Source: Chloroflexota bacterium
Lineage (GTDB): Bacteria > Chloroflexota > Dehalococcoidia > Lucifugimonadales > GCA-002723415
Direction of reading: 5' to 3'
DNA length: 64,000 nt
Assembly: GCA_002721445.1 (NCBI GenBank)
Contig: PBKN01000007.1
Coordinates: 75,211 to 139,210, forward strand
Shown here: piece by piece, positions 20,537-30,374 of the stretch
How positions within the stretch are numbered: position 1 is the first letter of the stretch
Layout of the letters: each line of letters starts with the position of its first letter
Made by a program: the position numbers and the translations under genes
The notes under the pieces: model-generated
What the model was told of the DNA's origin: nothing
Seen by the model: only the letters and a program-made list of their open reading frames with translations
Databases searched by the model: none

Positions 20537-21076
20537 GTGTCTAGAATAGGTCAAATTCCCATTAAGGTACCGTCTGGTGTTGAAATAAAACTAGAAGGTA
20601 ATAAAGTACAGGTTAAAGGTCCTAAAGGTTCTTTAAGTGATAATTTTAAGCCTAGTATTAAAATATCACATAAAGAAGGTGTTTTAGAGCTAGAACGATC
20701 TTCTGATGAGCCTGAAATTAAAGCTCTTCATGGTTTGACTCGAGCTTTGTTAAACAATATGGTCATAGGTGTTACGGATGGTTTTTCTAAAACCCTAGAA
20801 CTAGTTGGAGTAGGTTATAGAGTTCAACAAAAAGGTAAAAGTTTGACTCTAAGTGTTATGTTTAGTCATCCTGTTAATATAGATCCTTTACCTGAAGTGG
20901 ATTTAAAAGTAGATGAGAATAGAATTATTGTTACAGGTATAAATAAACAAAAAGTAGGCGAAATGGCAGCGCAAATTCGAAAAGTTAGGCCTCCAAATGC
21001 TTATACAGGAAAAGGTATTAGGTATCTTGGGGAATATGTAAGAATTAAGCCTGGTAAAAGCGCTAGGGCGGGTTAA
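20537..21076 (+). CDS. rplF: 50S ribosomal protein uL6
   Basis: SRIGQIPIKVPSGVEI, YTGKGIRY; GTG start. Confidence 0.97.
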   Translation: MSRIGQIPIKVPSGVEIKLEGNKVQVKGPKGSLSDNFKPSIKISHKEGVLELERSSDEPEIKALHGLTRALLNNMVIGVTDGFSKTLELVGVGYRVQQKGKSLTLSVMFSHPVNIDPLPEVDLKVDENRIIVTGINKQKVGEMAAQIRKVRPPNAYTGKGIRYLGEYVRIKPGKSARAG

Positions 21077-21082
21077 AGAAAT

Positions 21083-21460
21083 ATGGCTATTGATAATATA
21101 CGAACAAAAAGAAGAGTAATGAGGCATGCAAGAGTTAGGAAGAAAGTTAATGGAGTTAATACAAAGCCTCGTTTATCTGTGTTTAGGGCAATTAAACACG
21201 TTTATGCTCAATTAATTGATGATGATAAAGGTGAAACATTGGTTTCGGCATCAAGTTTAGATGCTGAAATAATTAGTGGAGCATCTAGTAATGGAAATAA
21301 TACTAAAATGGAAATTGCTAAACAAGTCGGTGAATTGTTGGCACAAAGAGCTAAAAAGAAAAAAATAAAATCTGTGGTATTTGATCGTGGAGGATATAAG
21401 TTCCATGGACGAGTTAAGGCTTTGGCTGAAGCAGTAAGGGATGGAGGATTGAAATTTTAA
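21083..21460 (+). CDS. rplR: 50S ribosomal protein uL18
   Basis: [46 protein letters not shown]. Confidence 0.97.
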   Translation: MAIDNIRTKRRVMRHARVRKKVNGVNTKPRLSVFRAIKHVYAQLIDDDKGETLVSASSLDAEIISGASSNGNNTKMEIAKQVGELLAQRAKKKKIKSVVFDRGGYKFHGRVKALAEAVRDGGLKF

Positions 21461-21970
21461 ATGGTAAATGATTTTAATGAAAAAGATAATGAGCCTGTCA
21501 TAACTGAACGGGTTGTAAAAATATCTCGGGTTGCTAAAGTTGTTAAAGGTGGAAGGCATTTAAGTTTTAGCGCTATGGTAGTTGTCGGAGATGGAGAAGG
21601 GAGTGTTGGGATTGGTTTAGGTAAAGCTGAAGCTGTTCCTGACGCTGTTAAAAAAGGATCTACAGAAGCTCAAAAAACTTTAATGCAAGTACCTTTAAAA
21701 AATACTACTATACCGCATGAAGTTACTGCTAAAAGTGGAGCATCTACTGTTAAATTAATGCCGGGTACTATAGGTACTGGAGTTAAAGCAGGTGGAGCAG
21801 TTAGGGCTGTAGTGGAACTTTTAGGAGTTAGAGATATTTTAACCAAAGTGTATGGTAGTAGAAATCCTAAAAATGTTGTTAGGGCTACAATTAAAGCTCT
21901 AAGCAATATAAAAGATCCGGAAATTGAATTCGCAAAGCGTAAAGCTGTTAGAGAACAAGGTCTGGGATAA
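21461..21970 (+). CDS. rpsE: 30S ribosomal protein uS5
   Basis: RVAKVVKGGRHLSFSAMVVVGDGEGSVGIGLGKA. Confidence 0.97.
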   Translation: MVNDFNEKDNEPVITERVVKISRVAKVVKGGRHLSFSAMVVVGDGEGSVGIGLGKAEAVPDAVKKGSTEAQKTLMQVPLKNTTIPHEVTAKSGASTVKLMPGTIGTGVKAGGAVRAVVELLGVRDILTKVYGSRNPKNVVRATIKALSNIKDPEIEFAKRKAVREQGLG

Positions 21971-21997
21971 TTTTAATGAAAGTAATAGGTTGTTGAA

Positions 21998-22183
21998 ATG
22001 GGTAAAATATCAATTAAATGGGTAAAAAGTGGTATAGGTAGGCCTTCAGACCAGCGTAAAACATTGGAGAGTTTGGGTTTGAAAAAACTTAACCAAACTG
22101 TAATTCATGAGGAAACTCCTTCAATTTTAGGAATGGTTAGAAAAGTTTCTCATTTGATTACTATTGAATCAAAACCTAAATAA
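21998..22183 (+). CDS. rpmD: 50S ribosomal protein uL30
   Basis: 61 aa, [24 protein letters not shown]. Confidence 0.95.
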   Translation: MGKISIKWVKSGIGRPSDQRKTLESLGLKKLNQTVIHEETPSILGMVRKVSHLITIESKPK

Positions 22184-22203
22184 TGTTTTGGAGTGATTGA
22201 ATT

Positions 22204-22647
22204 ATGAGACAACATCTTTTAAAACCAAGCATAGGGAAAAAATCTCGAAAAAGAGTAGGGAGAGGTAATGCTAGCGGTTTTGGTAATTATTCTGGTAGAG
22301 GCATGAAAGGTCAAAAATCTCGATCAGGTGGTGGCGTGAGGTTAGGATTTGAAGGTGGGCAACTACCATTAATTAAGAAATTACCAATGATGAGAGGCTT
22401 TACAAATATTTTTAAGAAAAAATATTTTATTATAAATGTTGGTTCACTTAGTGTTTTTCCATCTGGAGCCTTAATTGATTCAAAGTCATTATTTGATAAA
22501 GGGTTAATAAAAAACATAAAAACTCCAGTAAAAATATTAGGTGATGGTGAAATTACTCAACCTTTAGAAGTAACAGCAAATAAATTTTCAAAATCTGCTA
22601 TAGATAAAATTGAATCTGTAGGTGGCACTATTAAGGAGATTAATTGA
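22204..22647 (+). CDS. rplO: 50S ribosomal protein uL15
   Basis: RKRVGRGNASGFGNYSGRGMKGQKSRSGG. Confidence 0.97.
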   Translation: MRQHLLKPSIGKKSRKRVGRGNASGFGNYSGRGMKGQKSRSGGGVRLGFEGGQLPLIKKLPMMRGFTNIFKKKYFIINVGSLSVFPSGALIDSKSLFDKGLIKNIKTPVKILGDGEITQPLEVTANKFSKSAIDKIESVGGTIKEIN

Positions 22648-23984
22648 TGCGCCAAAGGCAAGCTTCTAATACAAACACTGAAAATAGGCCTCAGCTTATT
22701 CAATCATTAATTGATGCTATAAGGGTTCCTGATCTAAGGGCTAAGATATTTTTTACGTTTGCTATGTTGATAGTGTTTAGATTTGTTGCACATATTCCTG
22801 TGCCGGGAGTTAATTTGCAGCAATTACGACAAGCATTTGAGCAACAGCAGCTTTTAGGGTTCTTAGATCTCTTTAGTGGGGGAGCTTTGGCCGATTTAAG
22901 TGTAGCAGCTTTAGGGGTTTACCCTTATATTACTGCATCTATATTAATGCAAATATTAACTCCAGTTGTTGGACGGCTTAAAGCTTTATCTCAAGAAGGT
23001 GAATTTGGACGTCAAAAAATTAACCAATATACCCATTATTTAACTGTGCCAATTGCTTTTTTGCAATCATGGGGTACTTTAACTATTTTGAGGCAATCTG
23101 GAGTATTGCCTGGAGTCGAATTTGGTATGAATTCTCATACAGCTGCTATGTTGATATCAATGGTAGCTGGTACTATGTTTCTAGTTTGGATAGGTGAATT
23201 AATTACTGAAAGAGGTTTAGGTAATGGGATTTCTATTATTATATTTGGAGGAATAGTTGCGGGATTCCCTTCAGCCGTTGGGAGAGGTTTATTACAAGGA
23301 GGAGTTGGTGGAGGGCTACTACTATTAACAATTTTTGGATTTGGAATAATATATATTATAGTTTTATTTACTGAAGCTCAAAGAAGAGTTCCTGTTCAGT
23401 ATGGGAAGAGTGTGTTTAGAGGAGGTAGAATGCAAAGACAAACAGGGTCAAGTTTTCTTCCTTTGCGTGTAAATTCCGCAGGTATGATACCTCTTATTTT
23501 TGCTTCATCTATAATTATTTTGCCTGGAACAATTGCAAGCTACTTTAAAGGAGGGCTTAACCCAAATTTCTTTGAAAGAATAGCAAGGTTTTTTTCTTCA
23601 GCATTGGATCCAGCTAATTTTGGGTACTGGATTGCTCTATTTATTTTAGTATTTGTTTTTACATTTTTTTATACTATGGTTGTGTTTCAGCAGCAAAATT
23701 TGTCTGAGAATTTACAACGAAATGGTGGGTTTATACCAGGTATAAGACCAGGTAAGCCGACTCAGGAATATTTAAACAAAGTAGTGCTTAGAATTACTTG
23801 TGGGGGAGCTTTTTTCCTTGCTTCTGTAGCTATAGCTCCATATTTTGTTACTCTTTTAACTGGAGTGAGATCACTTACTTTAAGTAGTTTCGCTTTACTA
23901 ATTATGGTAGGTGTTGCATTAGATACTATGAGGCAGTTGGAAACTCAATTATTAATGCGCAATTATGAAGGATTTATAAATTAG
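22647..23984 (+). CDS. secY: Preprotein translocase subunit SecY
   Basis: About 10 TM segments, GVNLQQL...LFSGGAL, ITERGLGNGISIIIF. ATG 22647 lies 8 nt after AAGGAG; the track lists TTG 22644. Confidence 0.96.
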   Translation: MRQRQASNTNTENRPQLIQSLIDAIRVPDLRAKIFFTFAMLIVFRFVAHIPVPGVNLQQLRQAFEQQQLLGFLDLFSGGALADLSVAALGVYPYITASILMQILTPVVGRLKALSQEGEFGRQKINQYTHYLTVPIAFLQSWGTLTILRQSGVLPGVEFGMNSHTAAMLISMVAGTMFLVWIGELITERGLGNGISIIIFGGIVAGFPSAVGRGLLQGGVGGGLLLLTIFGFGIIYIIVLFTEAQRRVPVQYGKSVFRGGRMQRQTGSSFLPLRVNSAGMIPLIFASSIIILPGTIASYFKGGLNPNFFERIARFFSSALDPANFGYWIALFILVFVFTFFYTMVVFQQQNLSENLQRNGGFIPGIRPGKPTQEYLNKVVLRITCGGAFFLASVAIAPYFVTLLTGVRSLTLSSFALLIMVGVALDTMRQLETQLLMRNYEGFIN

Positions 23985-23992
23985 GTATTGAT

Positions 23993-24646
23993 ATGAAGTT
24001 GATATTATTAGGCGCACCAGGAGCAGGAAAAGGTACACAGGCATTAACTTTATCTGATAAATTAAATGTTTCTTGGCTTTCTTCAGGTGATTTATTTAGA
24101 TCCCATCGTAAAGAAAATACTCAATTGTGGAAAGAATCTTTTGTATATATTGAAAAAGGTCTATTGGTTCCTGATTCTATTACAATAAAAATGGTTTTAA
24201 AATGGATTGATGAAAATCAAGGGAAAGGTTTTATTTTGGATGGATTTCCTAGGAATATAAAACAAGCGGAATCTCTTGATAATCATTTAAATAAATCCGG
24301 CGGAATTGATAAAGCTATATATATATCTGTTCCTGATGAAATACTTATAAATCGACTATCTTTGAGGTTGATATGTAAAGAATGTGGATTTCCGAATAGC
24401 AATATTAACTTAAATAATTCTAATAAGAATATATGCGTTAAATCTGGATGTCTAGGTGAATTATATCAAAGAGAAGATGATAAGCCTGAGTCAATCAAAA
24501 AAAGACTCGAAGTTTTTATGGATGAGACTAAGCCATTATTAGATTATTATAAAAAAGAATCTAAGCTAATAGAAATTGATGGAACTGGTTCGATTAATTC
24601 TGTTAGTGAATCATTAGATAAATTATTCGTGAAAAATAATGTATAA
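23993..24646 (+). CDS. adk: Adenylate kinase (Cys-containing lid)
   Basis: P-loop GAPGAGKGTQ, ILDGFPR, lid CKEC-x16-CVKSGC. Confidence 0.95.
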   Translation: MKLILLGAPGAGKGTQALTLSDKLNVSWLSSGDLFRSHRKENTQLWKESFVYIEKGLLVPDSITIKMVLKWIDENQGKGFILDGFPRNIKQAESLDNHLNKSGGIDKAIYISVPDEILINRLSLRLICKECGFPNSNINLNNSNKNICVKSGCLGELYQREDDKPESIKKRLEVFMDETKPLLDYYKKESKLIEIDGTGSINSVSESLDKLFVKNNV

Positions 24647-24684
24647 GTATAAATTGGTAGAAATATTTAATTTGGAATTAAAAT

Positions 24685-25467
24685 ATGATAAATAAACAAT
24701 TAGGTATAACAATTAAATCACCAAGGGAAATGGATTTAATGAGGCAAGCTGGTCAAATTGTTGCAAAAACTAAACTTGCAGTTAAAGATGCTATTGAGCC
24801 AGGTATTAATACTAAAGAATTAGATGTTATAGCTGAAAAGGAAATAAGAAAATTAGGAGCCACTCCTTCTTTTAAAGGTTATAAGGCTGGAGGTAATATA
24901 CCTTTTCCAAGTACTATTTGCGTATCAATTAATGACGAGATTGTACATGGTATTCCTAGTAATAGAGTTATTAATGATGGAGATATTATAAGTGTTGATG
25001 TTGGTGCAATAGTAGAAGGTTATCATGGAGATTCAGCATTTACTATTGGTGTGGGATCTATCTCAAATGATTCTCAATTATTAATTAATTCTACTGAGAA
25101 AGCTCTTGAAAAAGGTATATTAGAAGTCAAATCTGGAGTTAGAGTCGGAGATATTTCTTGTGCTATTCAAGATTATAGTGAGGGATTAGGTTATTCTGTT
25201 GTTAAGCAATATGTTGGACATGGTATCGGTAGAGAACTTCACGAAGAGCCTCAAATTCCTAATTATGGTAAAAAAGGCTTGGGTCCAATTCTTTCATCAG
25301 GAATGGTGATAGCTATTGAACCTATGCTTACAATAGGTAAGTCAGATACTATGCTTTTAGATGATGGTTGGACTGTTGCAACTGCTGATGGAAGTTTATC
25401 TGCTCATTTTGAAGAAACAGTTGCTATTACCTCTTCAGGTAGTGAAATTTTAACTCAGGTTAAATAG
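24685..25467 (+). CDS. map: Methionine aminopeptidase type I
   Basis: VHGIP, VDVGAIVEGYHGDSAFT, GHGIGRELHEEP, IEPM, FEETV. Confidence 0.95.
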   Translation: MINKQLGITIKSPREMDLMRQAGQIVAKTKLAVKDAIEPGINTKELDVIAEKEIRKLGATPSFKGYKAGGNIPFPSTICVSINDEIVHGIPSNRVINDGDIISVDVGAIVEGYHGDSAFTIGVGSISNDSQLLINSTEKALEKGILEVKSGVRVGDISCAIQDYSEGLGYSVVKQYVGHGIGRELHEEPQIPNYGKKGLGPILSSGMVIAIEPMLTIGKSDTMLLDDGWTVATADGSLSAHFEETVAITSSGSEILTQVK

Positions 25468-25479
25468 GAAGAATTTTAT

Positions 25480-25698
25480 ATGGCAAAAAAAGAAGTTATA
25501 GAAGTTGAAGGGACAGTTATAGAGGCATTACCAAATGCTACTTTTAAAGTTAAATTAGCTAACGAACATGAAGTTCTAGCTTATATTTCTGGTAAAATTA
25601 GGATGTTTTTTATTAGAGTTTTACCTGGAGACAAAGTATTAGTAGAGCTTTCACCATATGACCTTAAAAGAGGTCGTATAACTTATAGGTTTAAATAA
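25480..25698 (+). CDS. infA: Translation initiation factor IF-1
   Basis: 72 aa, [34 protein letters not shown]. Confidence 0.97.
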   Translation: MAKKEVIEVEGTVIEALPNATFKVKLANEHEVLAYISGKIRMFFIRVLPGDKVLVELSPYDLKRGRITYRFK

Positions 25699-25724
25699 AG
25701 ATTGAAAATATTGGAAGTGAATAT

Positions 25725-25838
25725 ATGAAAGTTTCTGCATCAGTAAAAATAAGATGTGCAAAATGTCAGGTAATAAGGCGTAATGGCATTGTAAGGGTTA
25801 TTTGTGATAATCCTAGGCATAAACAAAGACAAGGTTGA
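25725..25838 (+). CDS. rpmJ: 50S ribosomal protein bL36 (zinc type); below the ORF-track size cutoff
   Basis: Hand translation gives [37 protein letters not shown] (37 aa), in the canonical position between infA and rpsM. Confidence 0.93.
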   Translation: MKVSASVKIRCAKCQVIRRNGIVRVICDNPRHKQRQG

Positions 25839-25867
25839 ATATAAATATTTGAATGTGAGGGAAAAAT

Positions 25868-26242
25868 ATGGCTATTATAGCTGGAGTTAACATACCAGAT
25901 AATAAAAGGGTTGAAATATCTTTAAGGAGGATCTTTGGTATTGGTCCTACTAAAGCCTTAAATATTGTCAAAGAAGCTGGTATATCAGGTAACCCAAGAG
26001 TTAAAGATTTGACAGAATCTGACCTTAATTTAATTAGAGATATTGTAGATAAAGATAAGATTGAAGGAGACTTAAGGCAAGAAGTCAATTTAAATATTAG
26101 AAGGTTAATTGATATTGGATCTTATAGAGGATTAAGACATAGGAGAGGTTTGCCTGTTAGAGGACAACGAACTAGTACGAATGCAAGGACTAAAAGAGGA
26201 AGACGTCAAGCAATTGCTGGTAAAAACATAGTACGAAAATAA
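25868..26242 (+). CDS. rpsM: 30S ribosomal protein uS13
   Basis: [34 protein letters not shown]. Confidence 0.97.
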   Translation: MAIIAGVNIPDNKRVEISLRRIFGIGPTKALNIVKEAGISGNPRVKDLTESDLNLIRDIVDKDKIEGDLRQEVNLNIRRLIDIGSYRGLRHRRGLPVRGQRTSTNARTKRGRRQAIAGKNIVRK

Positions 26243-26259
26243 TAACATAGGAGAATCAT

Positions 26260-26646
26260 ATGGCCAGAAAGCCTAGAAATAGACGTAAAGATAGAAAATC
26301 TAATCCAGTCGGTAGAGCATATATTCATTCTACATTTAATAATACTTTGATTACATTGACTGACCCTCAAGGTGCAGTGCTTTTATGGGGCAGTGCTGGT
26401 ACTATTGGTTATAAAGGATCTAGAAAATCTACTGCATTTGCTGCTCAAAAGGCAGGTGAAGATGTAGGTAAAAAGGCTTTAGAGCATGGATTAAAACAAT
26501 TAGATGTGTATGTCAGAGGTCCTGGGGCTGGCAGAGAATCAGCTATTAGAGCACTTCAAGGTGTAGGTTTGTTTGTTACCAGTATTAGAGATGTTACTCC
26601 TATACCTCATAATGGTTGTAGGCCTAGAAAAAGAAGAAGAGTATAA
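26260..26646 (+). CDS. rpsK: 30S ribosomal protein uS11
   Basis: [48 protein letters not shown]. Confidence 0.97.
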   Translation: MARKPRNRRKDRKSNPVGRAYIHSTFNNTLITLTDPQGAVLLWGSAGTIGYKGSRKSTAFAAQKAGEDVGKKALEHGLKQLDVYVRGPGAGRESAIRALQGVGLFVTSIRDVTPIPHNGCRPRKRRRV

Positions 26647-26669
26647 ACAAATTTAGGAGTTAAAATAAT

Positions 26670-27260
26670 ATGGCAAGGTATATAGGTCCAATTCAAAAAA
26701 AATTAAGATCTCTAGGGTTAGATCGATTTGGAGCTTACAATGAGAGAAAAAAAGTATCAACTACTTTTTCTCGTAAAAGGGTTTCAGAATATGGATTGCA
26801 ATTAATTGAAAAACAGAAAGCTAAATTTCTTTATGGTGTTTTAGAAAGGCAATTTAGTAATTATTATAAGAAGGCTTCTAAAATTTCAGGTTCTACAGGA
26901 GAGAATCTTATTGTTCTATTAGAAAAACGACTTGATAATGTATTATATAGAGCTGGATTATTTTCTACTAGAAAACAATCCAGACAAGCTGTAAACCATG
27001 GACACTTTTTAGTAAATGATAAAAAGGTTAATATACCTTCTTATCAGGTGAAAAGTGGAGACAAGGTATCTTGGACTGAAAAATCACAAAAAAGTAAGTT
27101 GTTTGAATTAGCATTGAATACTTCTAAAGACATTCCGTCAGCTTCGTGGATACAATTAGAGCAAAGCAAGATAGGCTTGACAATAATTAATGAACCTAGT
27201 TCTGCTGATGGTGAGCTAGTGATAGATACTAGGCAAATTGTAGAATTTTATTCTAGATAG
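26670..27260 (+). CDS. rpsD: 30S ribosomal protein uS4
   Basis: MARYIGP, EYGLQLIEKQKAKFLYG, S4 domain RLDNVLYRAGL. Confidence 0.96.
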   Translation: MARYIGPIQKKLRSLGLDRFGAYNERKKVSTTFSRKRVSEYGLQLIEKQKAKFLYGVLERQFSNYYKKASKISGSTGENLIVLLEKRLDNVLYRAGLFSTRKQSRQAVNHGHFLVNDKKVNIPSYQVKSGDKVSWTEKSQKSKLFELALNTSKDIPSASWIQLEQSKIGLTIINEPSSADGELVIDTRQIVEFYSR

Positions 27261-27306
27261 TTAGTTTAAGGATATTTAATTTATTTAATTTATAGGAGTT
27301 GTTTTT

Positions 27307-28368
27307 ATGGTTATAGAATTCCAAAATATTAATTTGGGTAATGAAGAAAATCAAATAGAAGAAGATATTATCCCTGATCCATCCTTTGAGCAGATAGAAT
27401 CTCTTCATAGTTATGCTAAATTTAACATATCCCCACTTGAATCTGGCTATGGTTTAACTATTGGAAATTCTTTACGAAGAGTTTTGTATAATTCTTTGGA
27501 AGGTGTTGCTGTGACTTGGGCTAGAATTGAAGGAGTACTTCATGAATATGCAACTATTCCAGATGTTAAAGAAGAAGTTGCAGAAATTCTTTTAAATGTA
27601 AAAAATGTTAGATTGCGATCTGATGTTGATAGATCAGGTAAATTGAGATTAGAAGTATCGGGTTCTGGTAAAGTTTGTGCTGGAGATTTAATGGCATCAT
27701 CAGATTTTGAAGTTGTAAACCCAGAATTACATATTGCTACCTTAGATTCGGAACAGGCAAAATTGTCAATGGAACTTAACGTTGCTAAAGGAACTGGATA
27801 TGCAGTTGCGAGTGATTCTGAAGGGTTACCAATAGGTACTTTACCTATTGATGCTGTATTTTCTCCCATTAGAAAAGTCAACTATTCTGTTGAACCTATT
27901 AGAGTTGGTAAGCACACAAATTATGAGAAATTAATATTTGAAGTATGGACTGACGATACAATATCTCCTGTTGAAGCTATAAAGAAAGCTGCTAATTTAT
28001 TGATAGGTAAATTGTTTTTATTTACATCCGTTGATGATAATGGTGAGGTGATATCAGATTCTACTTCAGCTAAGATCCCTCATGAACTTTATAATATTCC
28101 CGTTGAAAAATTGGATTTATCTTCAAGGACTTTAAATTGTTTAAAAAGAGCTGGTTTAGATAAGGTAGCTAATATTTTTGAATTACAAAAGAGTGAATTG
28201 TTATCTATAAGAAATTTTGGAGAAAAATCTTATAATGAACTTTTCGATAATTTGAGGAAATTTGAAATGTTGCCTGCTGAATTAGATCCAAATATTAATA
28301 TTAGTGATGATGTTCAACAAGATATAATTGATGATAATGTTGAGGAGGATAAATCTAATGAGGCATAA
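27307..28368 (+). CDS. rpoA: DNA-directed RNA polymerase subunit alpha
   Basis: NTD GYGLTIGNSLRRVL, CTD LDLSSRTLNCLKRAGLDKV; acidic C-terminal tail; 353 aa. Confidence 0.96.
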   Translation: MVIEFQNINLGNEENQIEEDIIPDPSFEQIESLHSYAKFNISPLESGYGLTIGNSLRRVLYNSLEGVAVTWARIEGVLHEYATIPDVKEEVAEILLNVKNVRLRSDVDRSGKLRLEVSGSGKVCAGDLMASSDFEVVNPELHIATLDSEQAKLSMELNVAKGTGYAVASDSEGLPIGTLPIDAVFSPIRKVNYSVEPIRVGKHTNYEKLIFEVWTDDTISPVEAIKKAANLLIGKLFLFTSVDDNGEVISDSTSAKIPHELYNIPVEKLDLSSRTLNCLKRAGLDKVANIFELQKSELLSIRNFGEKSYNELFDNLRKFEMLPAELDPNINISDDVQQDIIDDNVEEDKSNEA

Positions 28369-28711
28369 AATTGCTGGAAGAAAATTAGACCGCCCTACTG
28401 CACATCGAATGGCTATGTTGAGAGGTATGGTTTGTGATTTAATTGAACATGAATCTATTTCTACTACTCATGCTAAAGCTCAAGAAGTCAGAAGGTTAGC
28501 TGAAAAAGTTATTACTACTTGTAAAACTCCTAATTTAAGTAATAGGCGCAAAGCAATATCTATTTTAAGGAATAAGAATATTGTAACTAAATTATTTGAT
28601 GAGATAGCCCCAAGATTTCAAGATAGAAATGGAGGTTATACTCGAATATACAAAATGGGACAAAGAAGTGGTGATGCTGCTAATTTATCTAGAATTGAAT
28701 TAGTATCATAA
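28358..28711 (+). CDS. rplQ: 50S ribosomal protein bL17
   Basis: MRHKIAGRKLDRPTAHR is the canonical N-terminus. ATG 28358 lies 8 nt after GAGGAGGA and overlaps rpoA by 11 nt. The track start 28328 adds 10 non-homologous aa. Confidence 0.95.
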   Translation: MRHKIAGRKLDRPTAHRMAMLRGMVCDLIEHESISTTHAKAQEVRRLAEKVITTCKTPNLSNRRKAISILRNKNIVTKLFDEIAPRFQDRNGGYTRIYKMGQRSGDAANLSRIELVS

Positions 28712-28733
28712 TTAATCATTATAGGCATATAAA

Positions 28734-29501
28734 ATTACTAGAATAGCTTTATTAATAGAATATGATGGTACTAATTTTTCTGGATTTCAGATTCAGAATC
28801 ATAAGAGTTCTATTCAAGGTGAATTAGAAGAAGCTATAAAAGAATTTACAGGTCAAAAAACTAGGATTAAATATGCAGGTAGAACTGATAGTGGAGTACA
28901 TGCAGAAGGACAGGTGATTTCCTTTGATTCTAAAGTTGATAGAGATTTAAGACAATATATAGAAGGAATTAATTATTATTTACCAGAATCTATTGCAGTA
29001 AAAGAAGTTAATGTGATGTTAGATCACTTTGACCCTAGAAAGCATGCTTTAAGTCGTACTTATAGATATAACATTATTAACAGTGAAAAGCGTTATCCTT
29101 TATTAAATAGGTCACATTTTAGAGTTGTAAATAAATTGAATATATCAAAAATTAATGAATCAATTAATTTGTTCGTTGGGGAACATGATTTTAAACAATT
29201 TTCTGGGCCATTACCAAAAGGAATAAATACATACAGAGAAATTTTAGATATTTGCGTTTCAAAAGAGCAAAATGTGGTACAATTTATAGTTAAAGGTAAA
29301 TCTTTTTTGAGAAGACAAGTTAGGAGAATGGTTGGAACATTAGTCGATATTGGTTTAGATAAGGTTTCTTATGATCAATTGAAATCATTTTTGGATTGTT
29401 CAAATAAACCTATAGTTTATACTACATTGCCTCCACAAGGATTATGCCTTGTAAATGTTGAATATCCAGATATATTTTATAAAAATGGTGAAAAGATATG
29501 A
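28734..29501 (+). CDS. truA: tRNA pseudouridine(38-40) synthase TruA, putative ATT start
   Basis: In-frame upstream of the track start (GTG 28914) I read IALLIEYDGTNFSGFQIQ...KYAGRTDSGVHAEGQV, the conserved N-terminus including the catalytic Asp. The frame opens after TAG 28722-28724 and has no ATG/GTG/TTG before 28914. ATT 28734 gives a 255-aa protein. Confidence 0.75.
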   Translation: MTRIALLIEYDGTNFSGFQIQNHKSSIQGELEEAIKEFTGQKTRIKYAGRTDSGVHAEGQVISFDSKVDRDLRQYIEGINYYLPESIAVKEVNVMLDHFDPRKHALSRTYRYNIINSEKRYPLLNRSHFRVVNKLNISKINESINLFVGEHDFKQFSGPLPKGINTYREILDICVSKEQNVVQFIVKGKSFLRRQVRRMVGTLVDIGLDKVSYDQLKSFLDCSNKPIVYTTLPPQGLCLVNVEYPDIFYKNGEKI

Positions 29502-29962
29502 TAAAACAAAATAATGAATTTAATACTTCAATAAATGATGTTAAGCCTGAATGGCATATTATAGATGCTACAGACCAATCGTTAGGAAGAGTTTCTTCTG
29601 AGATTGCTACGATATTACAAGGGAAGAATAAAGTATTGTATGTCCCTTATATAAATACGGGAGATTATGTTGTCGTAATAAATGCAGAAAAAATTAAAAT
29701 TACTGGTAAAAAATTAGAACAAAAAACATATTATAGGCATAGTGGATATCCTGGAGGAATTAAACAGAAAACTTTGGCAGAGATTATGAATCAGTCTCCA
29801 ATTGAAGCAATTAAACATAGCGTAAAAGGAATGCTTCCAAAGAATTCTGTAGGTAGGAAAATGCTATCTAGATTGAAAATATATGTTGGTGATAAACATA
29901 AACATCATGCACAATTTAAGTCTGGAGAAAGCTTAGCTACTCCTATAACTAAGGAGGATTAA
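29498..29962 (+). CDS. rplM: 50S ribosomal protein uL13
   Basis: WHIIDATDQSLGRVSSEIATILQGK, HSGYPGG; ATGA overlap with truA. Confidence 0.96.
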   Translation: MIKQNNEFNTSINDVKPEWHIIDATDQSLGRVSSEIATILQGKNKVLYVPYINTGDYVVVINAEKIKITGKKLEQKTYYRHSGYPGGIKQKTLAEIMNQSPIEAIKHSVKGMLPKNSVGRKMLSRLKIYVGDKHKHHAQFKSGESLATPITKED

Positions 29963-30360
29963 TGACTACAGATCAAAAATATTTTTATGGGACTGGAAGA
30001 AGAAAAACATCTGTAGCTCGAGTTCGAGTTTATCTTGATAAAGGCCCTATAATTATTAATGGTAACCCTATGGAAGAAGTTTTCCCTTGGGGAGAATGGC
30101 AGAACACTATTACTGAACCTTTGAGAGTTGCACACGGTAAAGGTGACTTTAGAGTTGTTTCAAAAGTCTCAGGTGGAGGAAAATCTAGTCAAGCAGGTGC
30201 GATAAGACATGGTTTATCTAGAGCTTTAGTTGAAAGTGATCCTGAATTAAGGCCATTATTAAAGAAAAATGGATTGTTAACTAGAGATAGTCGTGAAAAA
30301 GAACGAAAGAAATATGGATTAAAAAGGGCTCGCAAAGCACAGCAATATACTAAGCGTTAA
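29962..30360 (+). CDS. rpsI: 30S ribosomal protein uS9
   Basis: GTGRRKTSVARVRV, GGGKSSQAGAIRHGLSRAL, KKYGLKRARKAQQYTKR. Confidence 0.97.
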   Translation: MTTDQKYFYGTGRRKTSVARVRVYLDKGPIIINGNPMEEVFPWGEWQNTITEPLRVAHGKGDFRVVSKVSGGGKSSQAGAIRHGLSRALVESDPELRPLLKKNGLLTRDSREKERKKYGLKRARKAQQYTKR

Positions 30361-30374
30361 TAGTTATAGATTTT

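Noticed and set aside
14310-21906. Multiple 60-117-aa - strand ORFs inside the ribosomal protein operon (e.g. 14310-14597, 14874-15218, 17465-17818, 19405-19725, 21257-21559, 21670-21906)
   Set aside because: All lie antisense to highly conserved ribosomal protein genes. These are shadow ORFs.
24374-24451. Adenylate kinase lid has C-x2-C-x16-C-x4-C instead of the usual C-x2-C-x16-C-x2-C/D
   Set aside because: It is a minor spacing variant inside an Asn-rich loop. The four Cys are retained, so it is not obviously significant.
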